Assembly (NCBI GenBank): GCA_028023455.1 | Contig: JAQFVV010000007.1 | Location: 9,920,001-9,984,000, forward strand | Direction of reading: 5' to 3' | DNA from: Epiperipatus broadwayi | Taxonomy: Eukaryota; Animalia; Onychophora | DNA: 64,000 nt | Part shown: piece by piece, positions 24,575-38,000 of the stretch | Position numbering within the stretch: the stretch's first letter is position 1 | Layout: each line of letters begins with the position of its first letter | The notes under the pieces: generated by a model | What the model was told of the DNA's origin: nothing | The model's database searches: none | What the model saw: only the letters and a program-made list of their open reading frames with translations | Translations under genes and position numbers: made by a program

Positions 24575-25970
24575 ACATATAAAAGCATACTATTTGCAAT
24601 TTGAGTTGCATGAAGCTGTTACCCAACCAATCCATTTTGACAATCACATATATCAAATGGTGCTATAAATATCATTAACAACATTGTATTTTCTATTTTT
24701 ATTCTCAATGTAAAAGCATATTATTTATGTGGACTGAAAGAAAGCTGTATTCCATCCAACTCATTTTGACAATTATTTACATTAAATGATACATAATATT
24801 AATAAACATTTATTTCCATTGGAATAGAATTTTAGGTTGCAGGAAATTGTCATTCATTCACTTTGACAATTATATATATTATATATATATCAAATGATGT
24901 CACAGGTATCATTAATATTGTATAATTTTTAAATTTTTATTCCCATTGCAAAACATGCTACTTATGGGTACCACAAGAAGTTATCCTCTATCCAAATTAT
25001 TTTGATAGAGATTTATTTGTATGGATTAGTACAGTGATAGTATGTCAGACTCTGGAGCTTAAGGTCCTGAAATGGGTTCCCGTTATCTGAAGTTCAAACT
25101 TCTCATGAACTCCTAAGCAATGGAGCAATTTGATTATTTTATTCCTAATGTGTATTTTTTATCCCCATGGTAAAAGCATGCTATTTGTGTTGACCATAGA
25201 AAAATTGATATCTATCCTAATTATTTTGATGAGTATGTAAATTAAATGATATAGACCATTAAACATCACATAATCACCATTCTTTATGCTTAACACAAGC
25301 TGTTTACACAGAGGTTACTCTTTTCATACAGTAGCGCCACTCAGTGCAAGCCAGAGTAATCAATGGCTCTATCAATAGATGCCATTGATTACTCTTGTTT
25401 GCACTGAATAGTGCTACTATATGGAGATTTTAACCTCTGTGTTAAATGATATAGATTGTATTTTTTTTATTCTTTTGTAAAAGCATGCAATTTGTAAAGT
25501 GTGCCTCAGAAAACTTTCAACCATTTAACCCATTCAGATAGTCATATACATAAAATGACATTATAAATATATATTGTACTTTTTTAAAATTTCCATCTCC
25601 ATTGTAAAATCATTCTACTTGCAATGTGAGCCACAATAAAGTTGTTATCCATTTAATCCAAAAGCTGACAATCAGATACAATAAATGACTTTATTGTTAG
25701 CATTAATATATATATATATATTATTTTCATTCCAATTATGGCAGTGTGGCTGCAAGAAAGCCATCATCCATTCAAACAATTTTGACACGCAAATTTTATA
25801 GATAACAATACAGTGTAATATTGTATTTTTTTAACTCCATTGCAAGTGCATGGTTCTAGCCATGCTGGTCACAGAATAAATGCTATCAATCCAATATATT
25901 TTGACAAATATTCATAAAATAACGTTACAGATAGCATTAATATAGTATTTTTTCCCGTCTCAATTGTAAT
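24575..25970. repeat. Ancient minisatellite, ~100-140 bp unit, ~9 copies, interrupted by a SINE (25025-25135) and a family A insertion
   Basis: The motifs gtaaaagcatgctatttg..., atcca..attttgacaa and aaatga recur. Confidence 0.7.
25256..25441. mobile_element. Fold-back insertion, family A (variant subfamily)
   Basis: Arms cagtagcgccactcagtgcaagccagagtaatcaatggc / gccattgattactcttgtttgcactga, with a 14 bp TSD ttaaatgatataga (25242-25255, 25442-25455). Confidence 0.8.
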
Positions 25971-26859
25971 TTTTATTTTGTATTCCTGGGTGTAACAAAA
26001 TTAATTTTTAAAAGTTTATTACATAAACTGTATACATTTATCTTTCTTTACATGTGTAATTCCTATTAAGATAGTTTAAATGTGATTTATGTTTGAAAAG
26101 TGTTGACTGAATGTCTGTTCGCAATATTTTATTTTGGATTTAAAAAAAATAAAACATACACTTAAAACTTTATGTTATTATCTACCTGCTAAAATCTGGC
26201 TGGCAGAATTTCAACTTTTGTAATGTTTGGTCTTCAAAACATCTTTTTTTAAAGTTTAGGTTATATAATTGAATAATTATGAGATTAAATAGTTTCCACT
26301 TGGCATTTAATTGGATGATTTAGTGATGAAGTGGTGAGAGAGTAAACAAATGTCTATTTATATATTTATTCAAAAAGTTAAAGAAAATTACTAAAAAGTG
26401 ATGAACTTTTTTGGTAGAAGTATTTTGAAAAGAGTATAATGATAGAGAGAAAAGAGATGTGCGTTTATGTTAAAATCTTTGCTTGAAGCTGATAATTATC
26501 CAATGAAAGGAGATACCATTTGCTGATCATCATCGATGGAATATGCAACTGCTTGTTATTCTTTTAACAAAATTTATTCCAGCATTTCAATTCTCATTTT
26601 AAATCCCTAAAGTTTAATAAGCCCTACTCTTAAATCATAAATAAAGTAAGAGTTTTTATTTTGAAAGGCAAAAAGTTAAAAAAAAAATAAATGGAATAGA
26701 TATGAGGTTTATGGAGGAAAAAATTTATGTATATTCTATTTTCGATTTACTTTGATCAGATAAATATTATTGCTATTACTAGATTATGTGACTTCAGGTG
26801 CATTTTAATTATTTGATGTCTCATTACTTGGTAATTGAAATTGTAACCATATTATTTCT

Positions 26860-27430
26860 GCAGAAAATATGTTTATTGGGGATCATCGATCCTTTTTTCA
26901 CATATATGGAATGGAGGCAATTATAGACCGAAAAAATTCTAAGTTCAAATCCCTCTATTTATTCATTTAAGGTTTATTCAGTCCACTGAATAAATAGGCT
27001 AATTACATATTGCCTTGGAAATAGGTTACATCTATAAGTTCAACCCATCCCATGATCAGATAATATGAGGGATTAGTGTCTACATGAGTTTGACTACAAT
27101 ATTAAATCCACCAAGGACATTGAGTGTTTCATTATTGGTTTCTCAACGAAGTAGATGGTTGAATAGTTGGAACAATGAAAAGATTGAAGTGTGTCCATTA
27201 AAGTTTAAAGAATTGCTGCTGTCTTAATATAAACCGGGCACTGATTGTGTATCTATATATGGGAGATTATGATCCGGGCCAACTGATAAGTGCTGGTTCT
27301 ACATGAAATACATATATTGGGGATTATCTATATTTTTTACATGTATGTGGATGTGTGTCAGTTATTTGAGATGGAGTGGAGGTGAATATAGACTGAAAAA
27401 TCCTAAGTTCAAATTCCTCTATTTATTTAA
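26860..27430. mobile_element. Family C copy, ~1.3 tandem units (~450-465 bp period)
   Basis: tattggggat and aagttcaaat.cctctatttatt each recur at ~440-465 bp spacing. The body aligns by eye with the reverse complement of 45255-45720. Confidence 0.65.
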
Positions 27431-28346
27431 CATTCCTTTATATTTCAATGCGTATATCTATAATGAAGTAATTACTTCATATGTATAAATAGAAAAATGA
27501 TTAAGGTTTCAAGAAAGAGAAAAAGAAGTATAGAAAGGCACGAATTTGTTGATAGATTTTTTTTATTGCAAGAAATATTCTAAAATTTAATGTGCAGACG
27601 GGCTAATAAATTTATATATTTATATGCATGGATTTTTATGTATATGTGGCGAAGTTTTACATTTAAAACTTGAAACCTTAAGACTAATAATAATAATAAA
27701 AACTCATATCAATTAAAAATTAGGCACAGTTTTAAAAATAAATTATTCTTATTTTGTGAAATTTATTTAGCTGTTTATTTTGTTTAAATACATTTAATTA
27801 GATTTTTTTTCTTATAAAAAAAGATAATGATAAAACAATAATATGAGCACATTAATTTAAGAAGATGACCAAAATAGTTTATTTATAAAAGGTTGCTCAG
27901 AAATCCTACATAATTATTTTACAAAATCCTGCATCTTTCTTGAATTTGATCGTCTAATTTTAGCCTGTTTGAATAATGGAAGAAAGGAGCTGCTGTTTTG
28001 ATTTCAGAAACTGTATTCTGTTTTTTTTTCTTCTTATTTTGTTTCTGTAATTATTGTTTTAAAAAGGAAAATAAAATATATACATTTGTAGCTAATTCAA
28101 GAGATAAATTTGAAACAAAAAAAAAAAAGAATTTAATCAACTTGAGAATGAACATTTGTATTATTATGGAAGAATCGAACAACATCATAGGATCTTTATC
28201 TCTTTTGGATAATATGAAGCAGTAAAAGTAATATTTATACTTGCTTCACCTGAATTTTCCTTCATATGAAAAGGAAGAAAAATGTTTAAAATGTACATTC
28301 TAAAAACTGAATCATGTGCAAGAAGTATGGATTATATATCAATATT

Positions 28347-29294
28347 GGTAAACATTACCTTTAGTGAGTTGAAGAAATACAGTCTAGTTTAAGGATTTTG
28401 AACTTTTTTCAAGAAGTCATCTGTCCCTGCAAATCCTTATGGTTATTGTGTATTGTTCCTGAGACTGGTGTAAGTGTCCAAGTTATCATAGACTGGGAAA
28501 ATTTTTGCAGATAGGAATGTGCAAGATACTTGGAGTGAAATCCATCACTGCTCAGGGGATTTGATGATAATGGAGTGGCCCTAATTGTAGAAGTTGATGA
28601 GACTAAATATTTTCATAGAAAATATCAAAGAAAATGGAGAGATCATTGGATCTTTGGTGGCAAAGAAAGTGAATTGAGAAAGTGTTTCATGATAGAGGTT
28701 CCAGATAGTAGGGCTGCCACTCTTGAACCCTTTATAGAACAATATATTTTTCCAGGGATCCACATCATTACAGATGGGGAGCTGTTTACAATAGCCTAGG
28801 CAGACTTTATAATAATACATATATACATTCTTTTGTGCACCAAGAAAACTTTGTAAAACCAGATGACCAATATAACCATACACAAAATATAGAGAACCTA
28901 TGGATGCTTGTGAAACATAAGCTGAGTGGCAATTTGGCACCAGCAGTGTCTTATTTTTGCCTTAGCTGCAAGAATTTACATTCAGATCTCTTTACAATAG
29001 TGATACCATATTTGTGGACTTTATTCTATTTATTACTGAGAATTATGCATAGCCTTATTTTAGTTACTTGTGAAGTAAATGGGACTCTCACAACAGTTCT
29101 CTGAGTGGATGACTAACTCCAGACAGTGTATGTACAATTACTGTACTTTATAGTTACATTTATTCATGGTTACGTTATATCACTGTTTTTTATTTGTGCC
29201 ATATTCTCAAAATACCAACTTTACAACTACAAATAGTTTGAAATTTTTACACCAGACTGTGTATTCCTTCAGCCTGCTAAAGGATATGGTCACC
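28347..29294 (+). mobile_element. Merlin (IS1016/ISXO2-like) DNA transposon relic
   Basis: IDWENFCR*EC...VEVDETKYFHRKY..W..GG.E...KCF..EVPDSRAATL..I..YI.PG..IITDG...HQENFV.PD...HTQNIENLW. Imperfect TIRs ggtaaacattacctttag / ctaaaggatatggtcacc; 6/8 TSD tcaatatt/caaatatt. Confidence 0.8.
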
Positions 29295-30434
29295 CAAATA
29301 TTGACTAAATAAATTAAACTGTAAGTTTTTGTCATTTAAGAAAGGAAAAGAAACTGAAAGTTGACTTTTTGTTTATATTTTATGCATAACTTCACTTATA
29401 TCTTCCAGAAGTTATGTATACATAATTTTCTTGAACTTTACTTAGTTTTACAAAAATTTTGTTTTTGCTTTATCTGTTGAATTATAATTAGTATAATGTT
29501 TTATTATTGTAATAATATATCAAATGTTAAGAATGTACAAGATTTTTCTTTATGATATATTTAAATTAGCCAAATGAATGATATACTAGATGGTTGATTA
29601 TTATAATAGTTAATAATAACAACAACAAAAAAGAAAAGATTTGGAACTTATATTTTATGAATTGTTTAATACTTTGTGGACATATCGTAAAGGTCAATTT
29701 TGAGTTATAAATTGAATATGAGCTTTCAAACTAAGTAAAACTGAAATGCATAGGTAAATATATATTTACCTATTTATATTAAATATATGCTTTTGGAAAT
29801 GATATAAGTACTTATAATGTATAATTAGAATATGATCTTGTTTACAAAAACGATAACAAATATAGAGGTATTGAATGACAACTGTAAAAATGATAGCAAA
29901 AAATCTTAATGATTAATGTTTGTATTGCTAATGTAAGGTAGTATAAGAAGGAGATCTAGTTGATTGCCTTTAGATTAATCTTAACATTAAAAGGAAAAGT
30001 AACATACATTCTGGTATTATACCAGTTTTCATATAGTTGTCCATTTGTATAATTTTTTACAGCCAGTACTAATATTATGGTTTAAGAAGAGAGGAAATGA
30101 TATATGTATTGGTATTATGCACGTCTTTGAATAATGTGTATCAAAGGTATTCAGATAAAGTAGCTCTATATACATACTAATCTTTTAGGATGATGATGAC
30201 TTATATTTATCAATCATTTTATTTATGGGATGGCTACTTTTAAGTATAAATGAGTTGAATATGCATATTTATATGCAAATGAGACATTTACTTATGATAT
30301 TATTTGGGATATTATTGTATGCTCCTTGTGATTTAGCTTTTGATGATATTCATTTTTTTAATTCATCAGTGGTTAGAGATTTATATATTTTTGGCAATAT
30401 TAATAAAATGATCATGATAAAGTAAATATAGTTA

Positions 30435-30724
30435 TTCTTATATCTTCTCCTTTGTTTTTATTTTTTTTTTGCATTTCTCTTCATATATTCATATATACTT
30501 TAAAAAAATTATCATCTCCTCTTATACACTTCAATGCAATCTTTTTTTATAATTCCTTCTTTATTTTGTTTACATTTTCAACTGTTCTGCAGTCTTCATC
30601 AGAGTTATAGAGACTCTTATGATGACTGCAGGACAGTCAAAAATGTAAGCAAAATAAAAAAAAATTTATAAAAAAAGATTGCATTGAAATGTTTAAGAGG
30701 AGATGATAAATTTTTTTAATATAA
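30435..30724. mobile_element. Fold-back insertion, family F, hammerhead motif in both arms
   Basis: Minus arm actCTGATGAaGACTG(cagaa)CAGTTGAAAatgta; plus arm actCTTATGAtGACTG(cagga)CAGTCAAAAatgtaagc. 12 bp TSD taaatatagtta (30423-30434, 30725-30736). Confidence 0.8.
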
Positions 30725-31012
30725 TAAATATAGTTAAATAGTATTTTGATATTGAATATTGAATGATAAAGAAATAATGCTTCCAGAGATATAATATTTT
30801 AATTTATGAACATATCCATGCTTTATGTATAAAAAATATAAGAATAAGAGTTTGCCTAATTGTTAATTTAAATAATTAGCAAGATATTTAATGCATCATA
30901 TTAATTTAGCTCATTATTTAATTTTTAATATAATATAGAAGTTACTTGTGTGTAGTTACATAGCTTGTTTTGTTGTAAACAGTGGTGAAAACTGATCAAA
31001 TTAATCCACTTG

Positions 31013-31903
31013 TAGGGTGACTCCATATCACCAAACTTTTTATAGCAGTGCTGCAAGAAGTATTTTGTGGGTTAAAATGGGAAGCTAAAGAAGTGAAAGT
31101 AAATGGAGATTATTTAAGTCATTTAGATTTCGCAGAAGATGAAGCTGTTTTTGCAAATAATGCTTTAGAGCTGCAGAAAATGTTGCAGGAGTTATCAGAT
31201 AAAAGTAGAAAAGTAGGATTAAAGATAAATGTTAAAAAGACTAAAGTAATGTTTAATGGATTTTCTCAAAATATGAAAATAAAGATTGATTATGATGAGT
31301 TAGAAGAAGTTAACAGTTACAAATATCTTGGTCAGATTATTAATACAGATGGAAACATAATGGATAAAATTAATCATAGAATTAAACTTGGTTTGAGTGC
31401 TTTTGGTAGAAATAACTTGATACTAAAAGAAAATATGCCTATGTGTTTGAAAAGAAAGGTTTTTAATAAATATGTCTTACCAGATCTTACTTATGGATCT
31501 GATAATTGGACATTTAATAGAAGAGTAATACAGACTTAAGACCACTCAAAGAAGTATGGAGAGATGCATGTTGGGAATAACAAAAAGAGATTGAAAATGC
31601 AATATATGGATAAGAGAACAAACAGGTGTTACTGACCTCATTTGAAAAAATTAAAAGACAAGTGGAGTTGGGCTGGACATATTGCTAGAAGAGATGATAA
31701 TAAATGGATAATTGAAATCTTAAACTGGATTCCAAGAGATTGTAAAAAATCCAGAAAGAGACCACATGTGAGATGGATGGATGAAATAAGAAAGTGTGCA
31801 GGGATGATGTGGAGAAGAGAAGCTAAAGATTGGAGAAGATGGATTGAACTTGGAGATACCTTCATCCTACAGTGGATTGATAATGGTTGATGATGATGAT
31901 GAT
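31013..31903 (+). mobile_element. 5'-truncated RTE LINE (RT C-terminal half), (GAT)n tail
   Basis: GDSISPKLF.AVLQEVF...YLSHLDFAED...KVGLKINVKKTKVM...YKYLGQ...W.WAGHIARRDDNKW. Confidence 0.92.
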
Positions 31904-33189
31904 TTGTTTATATTTATTATTGTGATTGGTTTCATTGTTATTTCATTTTTTCAAAGTTTCAGGGAGAATTATGAACTTCTAATGTATGCTGGACTCAAAA
32001 GAATTTCTCAGTGTAATGGTGGTGATACATAGTTTAAGCTAATTATAATAAGTCCAAAATTTAGAACATTTTTAATATTAAATAAAATTATCCTCCAGGC
32101 TCTTATACGGCACCCATTTGAATTATTTTAAGAAAAGGAAAAGAGAAATCATAAGAATGTGGTAAATGAACACCTTCGACCATTACAATATATATATATA
32201 TATATGTATTAAGATATTTGTGAGACTGTGTTGTTTGATTGATTTTATAACATGATTAATTATTAATCTATCTTCAAATATAATTCTTGACTGATTTATA
32301 GTAAGTTGACTATCAACATTTTAGCAGTTTATAAATTTTTTTTCCATTATTTGTTATGGCATGCAATAGTAACATTTATTAAACTTAAACTAGAAATGTA
32401 GATATTTATCTTTTTACCATATTGTATGGTGGTTCTGATTGTGGTCAATGTAATATTTGTTTGAAGATGTAATTGTCGCGCATGTAATATATTGAAAGAA
32501 AAAGTCTTTCCAAGTGCTACATAAAGTGTTAAAAATCTCTCAGAAATTCACGTTTGTTTATCAATAAACAAAAGGATTCTTTTTTATCTTAGTTCCCAAT
32601 AACTTTTTTCTTTAATTTTACCACCTGCTGTAAGCTTCAATAATCAATTGATGTTAGATGGTTATGCTTAATAAATCCCTATCCAATGCTATTCTATCTA
32701 GAATCTATTGATTTCTAAAGCTTACACTAGGTGGCATAAATATTAAAAAAGTAATTTGATGCAGAACAGTATTTGTGTGTTGTGTGTGTCTGGGATGTTT
32801 TGTTGGTTTTCCCAAAAACTTAATATGGGAAACAAGTTAGATAGTCCTCATGGTGAGAATAAACCTTTTATCAAAATGGAATTAAACAAAGCCTCACTGA
32901 AATTGGCTCAACTTACTATTCTCAAGAGAGAATCACCAATTATTCATTATAATAATTATGCAAGTATTCAAAATATTTCTAGTATGTAATATTAAGAAAT
33001 ATAAGGCATGTTGTCTCCCATATAGGTTCATGGGATTTCAGGCAAGGTAGATTTATTTTATGTGACTGTTAGAGATATGAGTCCCTGCAAGAATTTTAAC
33101 ACTGTATGGCAGTTGGAGAAAGCTTTGATTTTAAGATATTTACCTAATATTTCATGATGCAAACTTTTTAAAATTATATCATTATAACC

Positions 33190-33535
33190 TATATCTTTAT
33201 AATCATTTTCAACCATTCTCAATCAACTTCATGATAAAGGCTTCTTCAAATTAAACTATTTTTTCATAGCCTCTTTCTTTCATAGCAAACTTACTTATGT
33301 CGTTCATCCATCTCACATGTAGTCTCTTTCGAGATGTTTACAATCTCCTGGGATCCAATTTAAAACTATTATCATGGTCTTTAGAAATACATTCAATCCA
33401 ACCCCATTTTGATGCTAATTCTTTGAATGATGTCAGTGATATCCATTGTTCTCTCACTCATGATTTCTTCAATATATTGTCTCATACATATTTAGAATTA
33501 ATGCAGAATTTATTAATGAATCTTAAAAAAATTTA
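33190..33535 (-). mobile_element. RTE LINE 3' fragment
   Basis: Reverse-complement match to 31630-31890 (ttcatccatctcacatgtagtctc). Confidence 0.7.
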
Positions 33536-33599
33536 GCCTAACACTATGACTTTACAGTAAAAGAAATTACAATTTGTAAAATCAAAATGTATTATGTTC

Positions 33600-34650
33600 A
33601 AAGTTATAAACCAGCATCACTAAAAGTCAGCTGACACTTAGACAATGTCAAAATCATTAACAATCAACAATATCAAACTGTTGTCAAGACAACCTCTGCT
33701 AAAGATTCCAAGTTTATTGATACTTACATAAAAGTTTAAACAAACCTCTTTAAACAGGTAAATATAACCTATTCTGAATGCAGAGTAAATAATAGTCAAT
33801 TATAACATTCCAAACTGCAATTATAATTCCAAATTTCACCGAAAATATTACTTAAATAGTAAGTGTTAAAGCTCAACGGTTTTGTAAGTAATCATTAAAA
33901 TCCAATCAACATTGTTATGTATCTGAATGCAGACTAAATAATAGTCAATTATAACATTCCAAACTACAATTATAATTCCATATTTCACCCAAAGTATTAC
34001 TTAAATAATAAGTGTTAAGGCTCAACGACTTTGTAAGTAATCATTAAAAGTCATTCAAGATTATGTATCAATAATTTCAATCTCTTTCACAAGTTGAAAT
34101 CTTTAGTGTCTACATAAATATACTAGATGATTAATAAAGTTGGAATTCCACCTTTATTGTTAAAAGGAGATTGTCTTGACAACAGTTTGGAATTGTTGAT
34201 TGTTAATGATTTTTGTCTAAATGTTGACTGGCTTTTAATGATTTACAAACCCATTTAGCCTTGAACATTATTACACTCATTATTTAAGTAATACTTTGGG
34301 TGCAATTTGAAAATTATAATTGCAGTCCATAATGTTATAATTGACTATTTGTTGGTCTGCAATCAAAGTAGGTTATATTTACCTGTTTAAAAAGGCTTAT
34401 TTAAACTTCTATGTGTCAATAATTTCAATCTCTGTGGTCAAGTTGCAATCTTTAGTGTCTATATAAATATATTAGACTATTAATAAAAGTGGGATTCCAC
34501 ATTTATCATTAAAAGGAGGTTATCTTGACAACAGTTTGGAATTATTGATTGTTGATGATAATGGGATTGTCTATGAGTTGTCTGGCATTTAATGATTACT
34601 TACAAACCCATTTAACCTTGAGAATTATTACAATTAGTATTTAAGTAATA
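33600..34650. mobile_element. Family B: inverted arm plus ~1.6 tandem units (~350 bp), non-coding
   Basis: 34065-34415 is repeated at 34417-34650, and 33600-34060 is inverse to it with an internal ~150 bp duplication. Confidence 0.75.
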
Positions 34651-35029
34651 TATATATATGGCTGCAGAAAAGAGTTTGTTGTTAACTAAAAAGAGATCCT
34701 TTGATTCCCCTTGGAAGTCTTAAGGAAACTCAGCAGGGCAAATTGCCTAATATCCGTTTCATACATTCTTGTCATTGTGTGTGTTATTACTATGTGATTA
34801 TTCATATAGTAAATTAATATGGATGGGCTTCTTAGCAACATGCATGCCTTAACTAGTGTGGTGATTTTGTTGACTTTTTATCTCTGAGTTTAAGATCAAG
34901 AAACACCATGGATTTTTTTTTTTCAGTTGCCTGATAAAGCAGAATAAATGTGTGTGTGAATGAACATTTTTTTCATAGATATACATAATCATGATAGACA
35001 AAAATAAATCATGCCCTTATTCCTAGGAG

Positions 35030-38000
35030 GCTTTAAAGTGACCAGTCAAGGTAGTGATTGGCGTCCAAGTGTAGGGTGCTAAGAATGCTCTGATTGTGGA
35101 CCCAGGCTGACATTTGATGATGACTTTTTGTTTAGGTGCATACAACTACAGATTACTTTCAAGTAAAGGAAGATTTCAAGAATTGGAAGAACTATCACAT
35201 ATAAAATGGGACATTCCTGGACTTTGTGAACAAAGTTAGAAAAAAAGATGATGAGTAAATTGATTTAAAAAGTGGACATGTATTCTATTACAAAGGCATA
35301 AATATTGGAAGTACACATGGAGAAAGATTCATTATAAATAAAAAATGGAAGACCAACATTATGGACATTGATGATATATTAGACAGAATGGCAAGATTAG
35401 TTATTCAACTTCATAGCAGATATCAAATGCAGACAATTCAGGTTTATGCTCTAAAAATTCTAGTGATGAAGTAGAAGATTTTTATACGGATGTATAACAA
35501 ATTTTGATCAGACTAAACATTTTAAAGCTGGACTTGGTAAACAAATGAAAAATGAAAGTGCTGTAGGTAAATTTGGTTATGGTAATGGAAGTGGATGTAG
35601 ATTTGTGGAATTTGCAGAAAAAGAAAAACTTTGTATTACGAATTCTTTGTTTGAGAAAAATGTTAAAAGGAAATGGACGTGCAAGCATCCAAATGAATGT
35701 ACAGTAGAATTGGATTATATTTTAACTAGCAGAAAATACATATTTCAGGATTCAAACTCAGACTTTTACACAACTTCAACTCTCCATGGCATCTCATATT
35801 GCTGACCCACCTGATCATACACATGTTGAAAAGATAAATAATCACCAATATTTGTATTCCATGCTAAGCAAGCAATCATCAGTTGGTCCAGATTACCTCA
35901 CACATGTATACAATCAGTGCTCAGCTTTATATTAAGATAGCCAATCTTCATACTTTAATGGCAGAGCTTCAAACTACTCCAACCCACAACTCTTCAGCCA
36001 TCCATTTCATTGAAAATCTGATGATGAAACATTCAAAGCCCATGTTAGTGCGAAGATTGTCATCCTACCTATGTTGACCATTTAGTCATTCTGATCCCTC
36101 ATGTTGTACTGGAGAGTAATCCATTTACATACATGTGCAAGGGATGGGCAGACCTTTAACATACTGTTTTTAAATTTGTAAATTAATACACTGTACAGGC
36201 TCACACACACCTGCACATATATAATGGAATATAAGGGATTTGAACACAGACTTTCACACAATTCTCAACTCTCCATGCCATCTCATATTACTGACCCACC
36301 TGATCAATATACATATTTCATGCTAAACCAGCAATCATCAGTTGGTCCAGATTACTATCCTCCCACATATATACAATCATTGCTCAGCTTTATATTAAGG
36401 TAGCCAATCTTCATACTTTAATGGACAGGCTTAAAAATACTCCAACTCACAACTCTTCAGCCATCCACTCTTCAGCCATCCATATCATTGAAAATCTGAT
36501 GATGGAATATTAAAAGCCCAAGTTTCTGATTTAGCATGAAATATGTATATTGGTGATTATTTATCTTTTCAACATGTGTAATGATCAGGGGTCAGCAATA
36601 TGAGATAGCATGGTGAGTTGAGGGTTGTGTGAAAGTCTGAGTTCAAATCTCTTATATTACATTATATATGTGCAGGTGTGTGTAAGCCTGTACAGTGTAT
36701 TAATTTACATATTTAAAAACATAGTGTATTAAAGGTCTGCGTATCCCTCACATATGTATGTAAATAGATTATTCTCCAGTACAACATGAGGGGTCAGAAT
36801 GACTAAATAGTCAACATGGGTAGGATGACAACCTTGGCACTAATGTGGATTTTGAACATTCCATCATCAGATTTTCAATGAAATGGATGGCTGAAGAGTT
36901 GTGGGCTGGAGTAGTTTGAAGCCTGTCCATTAAGGTATGAAGATTGGCTATCTTAATATAAAGCTGAGCATTGATTATGTATATGTGTGAGGATAGTAAT
37001 CTGGATCAACTGATAATTGCTGTTTTAGCATGAAATATGTATGTTGGTGATTATTTATCTTTTCAACATGTGTATGATCAGGTGGGTCAGCAATATGAGA
37101 GGGCATGGAGAGTTGAGGGTTGTGTGAAAGTCTGAATTTGAATCCCTTATATCACATTATATATGTGCATGTGTGTGTAAGCCTGTACAGTGTATTAATT
37201 TACATATTTCAAGATTGTAATGTTCTTAATAAATCCAATACAGGAAGTGATCATCAATAAGTAAGATGTAAGATATGTGTTAATGCAAAACTAGAGAGAT
37301 AAAAATTATTAAGAAAAACAATATTTACAGTTGATATTTCTAATATTTAGAAAGATTCTAATGAATTTAAATTAGAACTTACAAAACTCATTTGAATGAA
37401 ATTAATGGGAAAATAACTGATATACTTAAAAAGAGCAACAAAGATAACTGGTAGAAAAAAACAGCATTTGACTAATAACATTTCTATTGAAACTAGAGAA
37501 TTTATGAAGAAGAGAAGGAATATGAAGATAAATAAAAAATGATTCATTAAAATGGATTGAATATCATGAATTTTGTAAAATGGTGCAAAAAAAAGGGTTG
37601 ATAATTATAAAAGAAAGTATAACTGTGAATTATCAAGGAAAGCTATAGAAGAAAATAAAAGTCTCATGAGTATAAAACAATATTTTGTTATTGGTAAGAA
37701 ATTATATCTGCAATAAGAAAAAAAGATGGAACTATTACTAAAAAGGGAGATGACATCATGAAATGGGTAGAAGAGTTCTATCAATAATTAATAATATCTT
37801 ATATATCTATTATATTAATTGTCCAGGGTTTTAGATAAAGAAGCAAGACATGCAATTAAATTTATGAAGAAGAGAAAAGCTCCAGGAATTATAATCTATA
37901 TATTAAAAAAAGAAAGTGAAGAAATATAAATTTTTTTTGTCAAAGTTATATTTCAAATGTGTAAATGATAAAGATGTACCAGATGATTGGAAGAATGCAG

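Noticed and set aside
35030-35140. HDV-like ribozyme at the RTE 5' end
   Set aside because: Such ribozymes are known from RTEs, but I could not trace the nested double pseudoknot in either decayed copy.
36885-36930. Canonical hammerhead in family C (gatgg-CTGAAGA...GAAG-cctgt-ccatt)
   Set aside because: The putative stem II cannot pair in any copy, GAAA is GAAG, and U16.1 is not in register.
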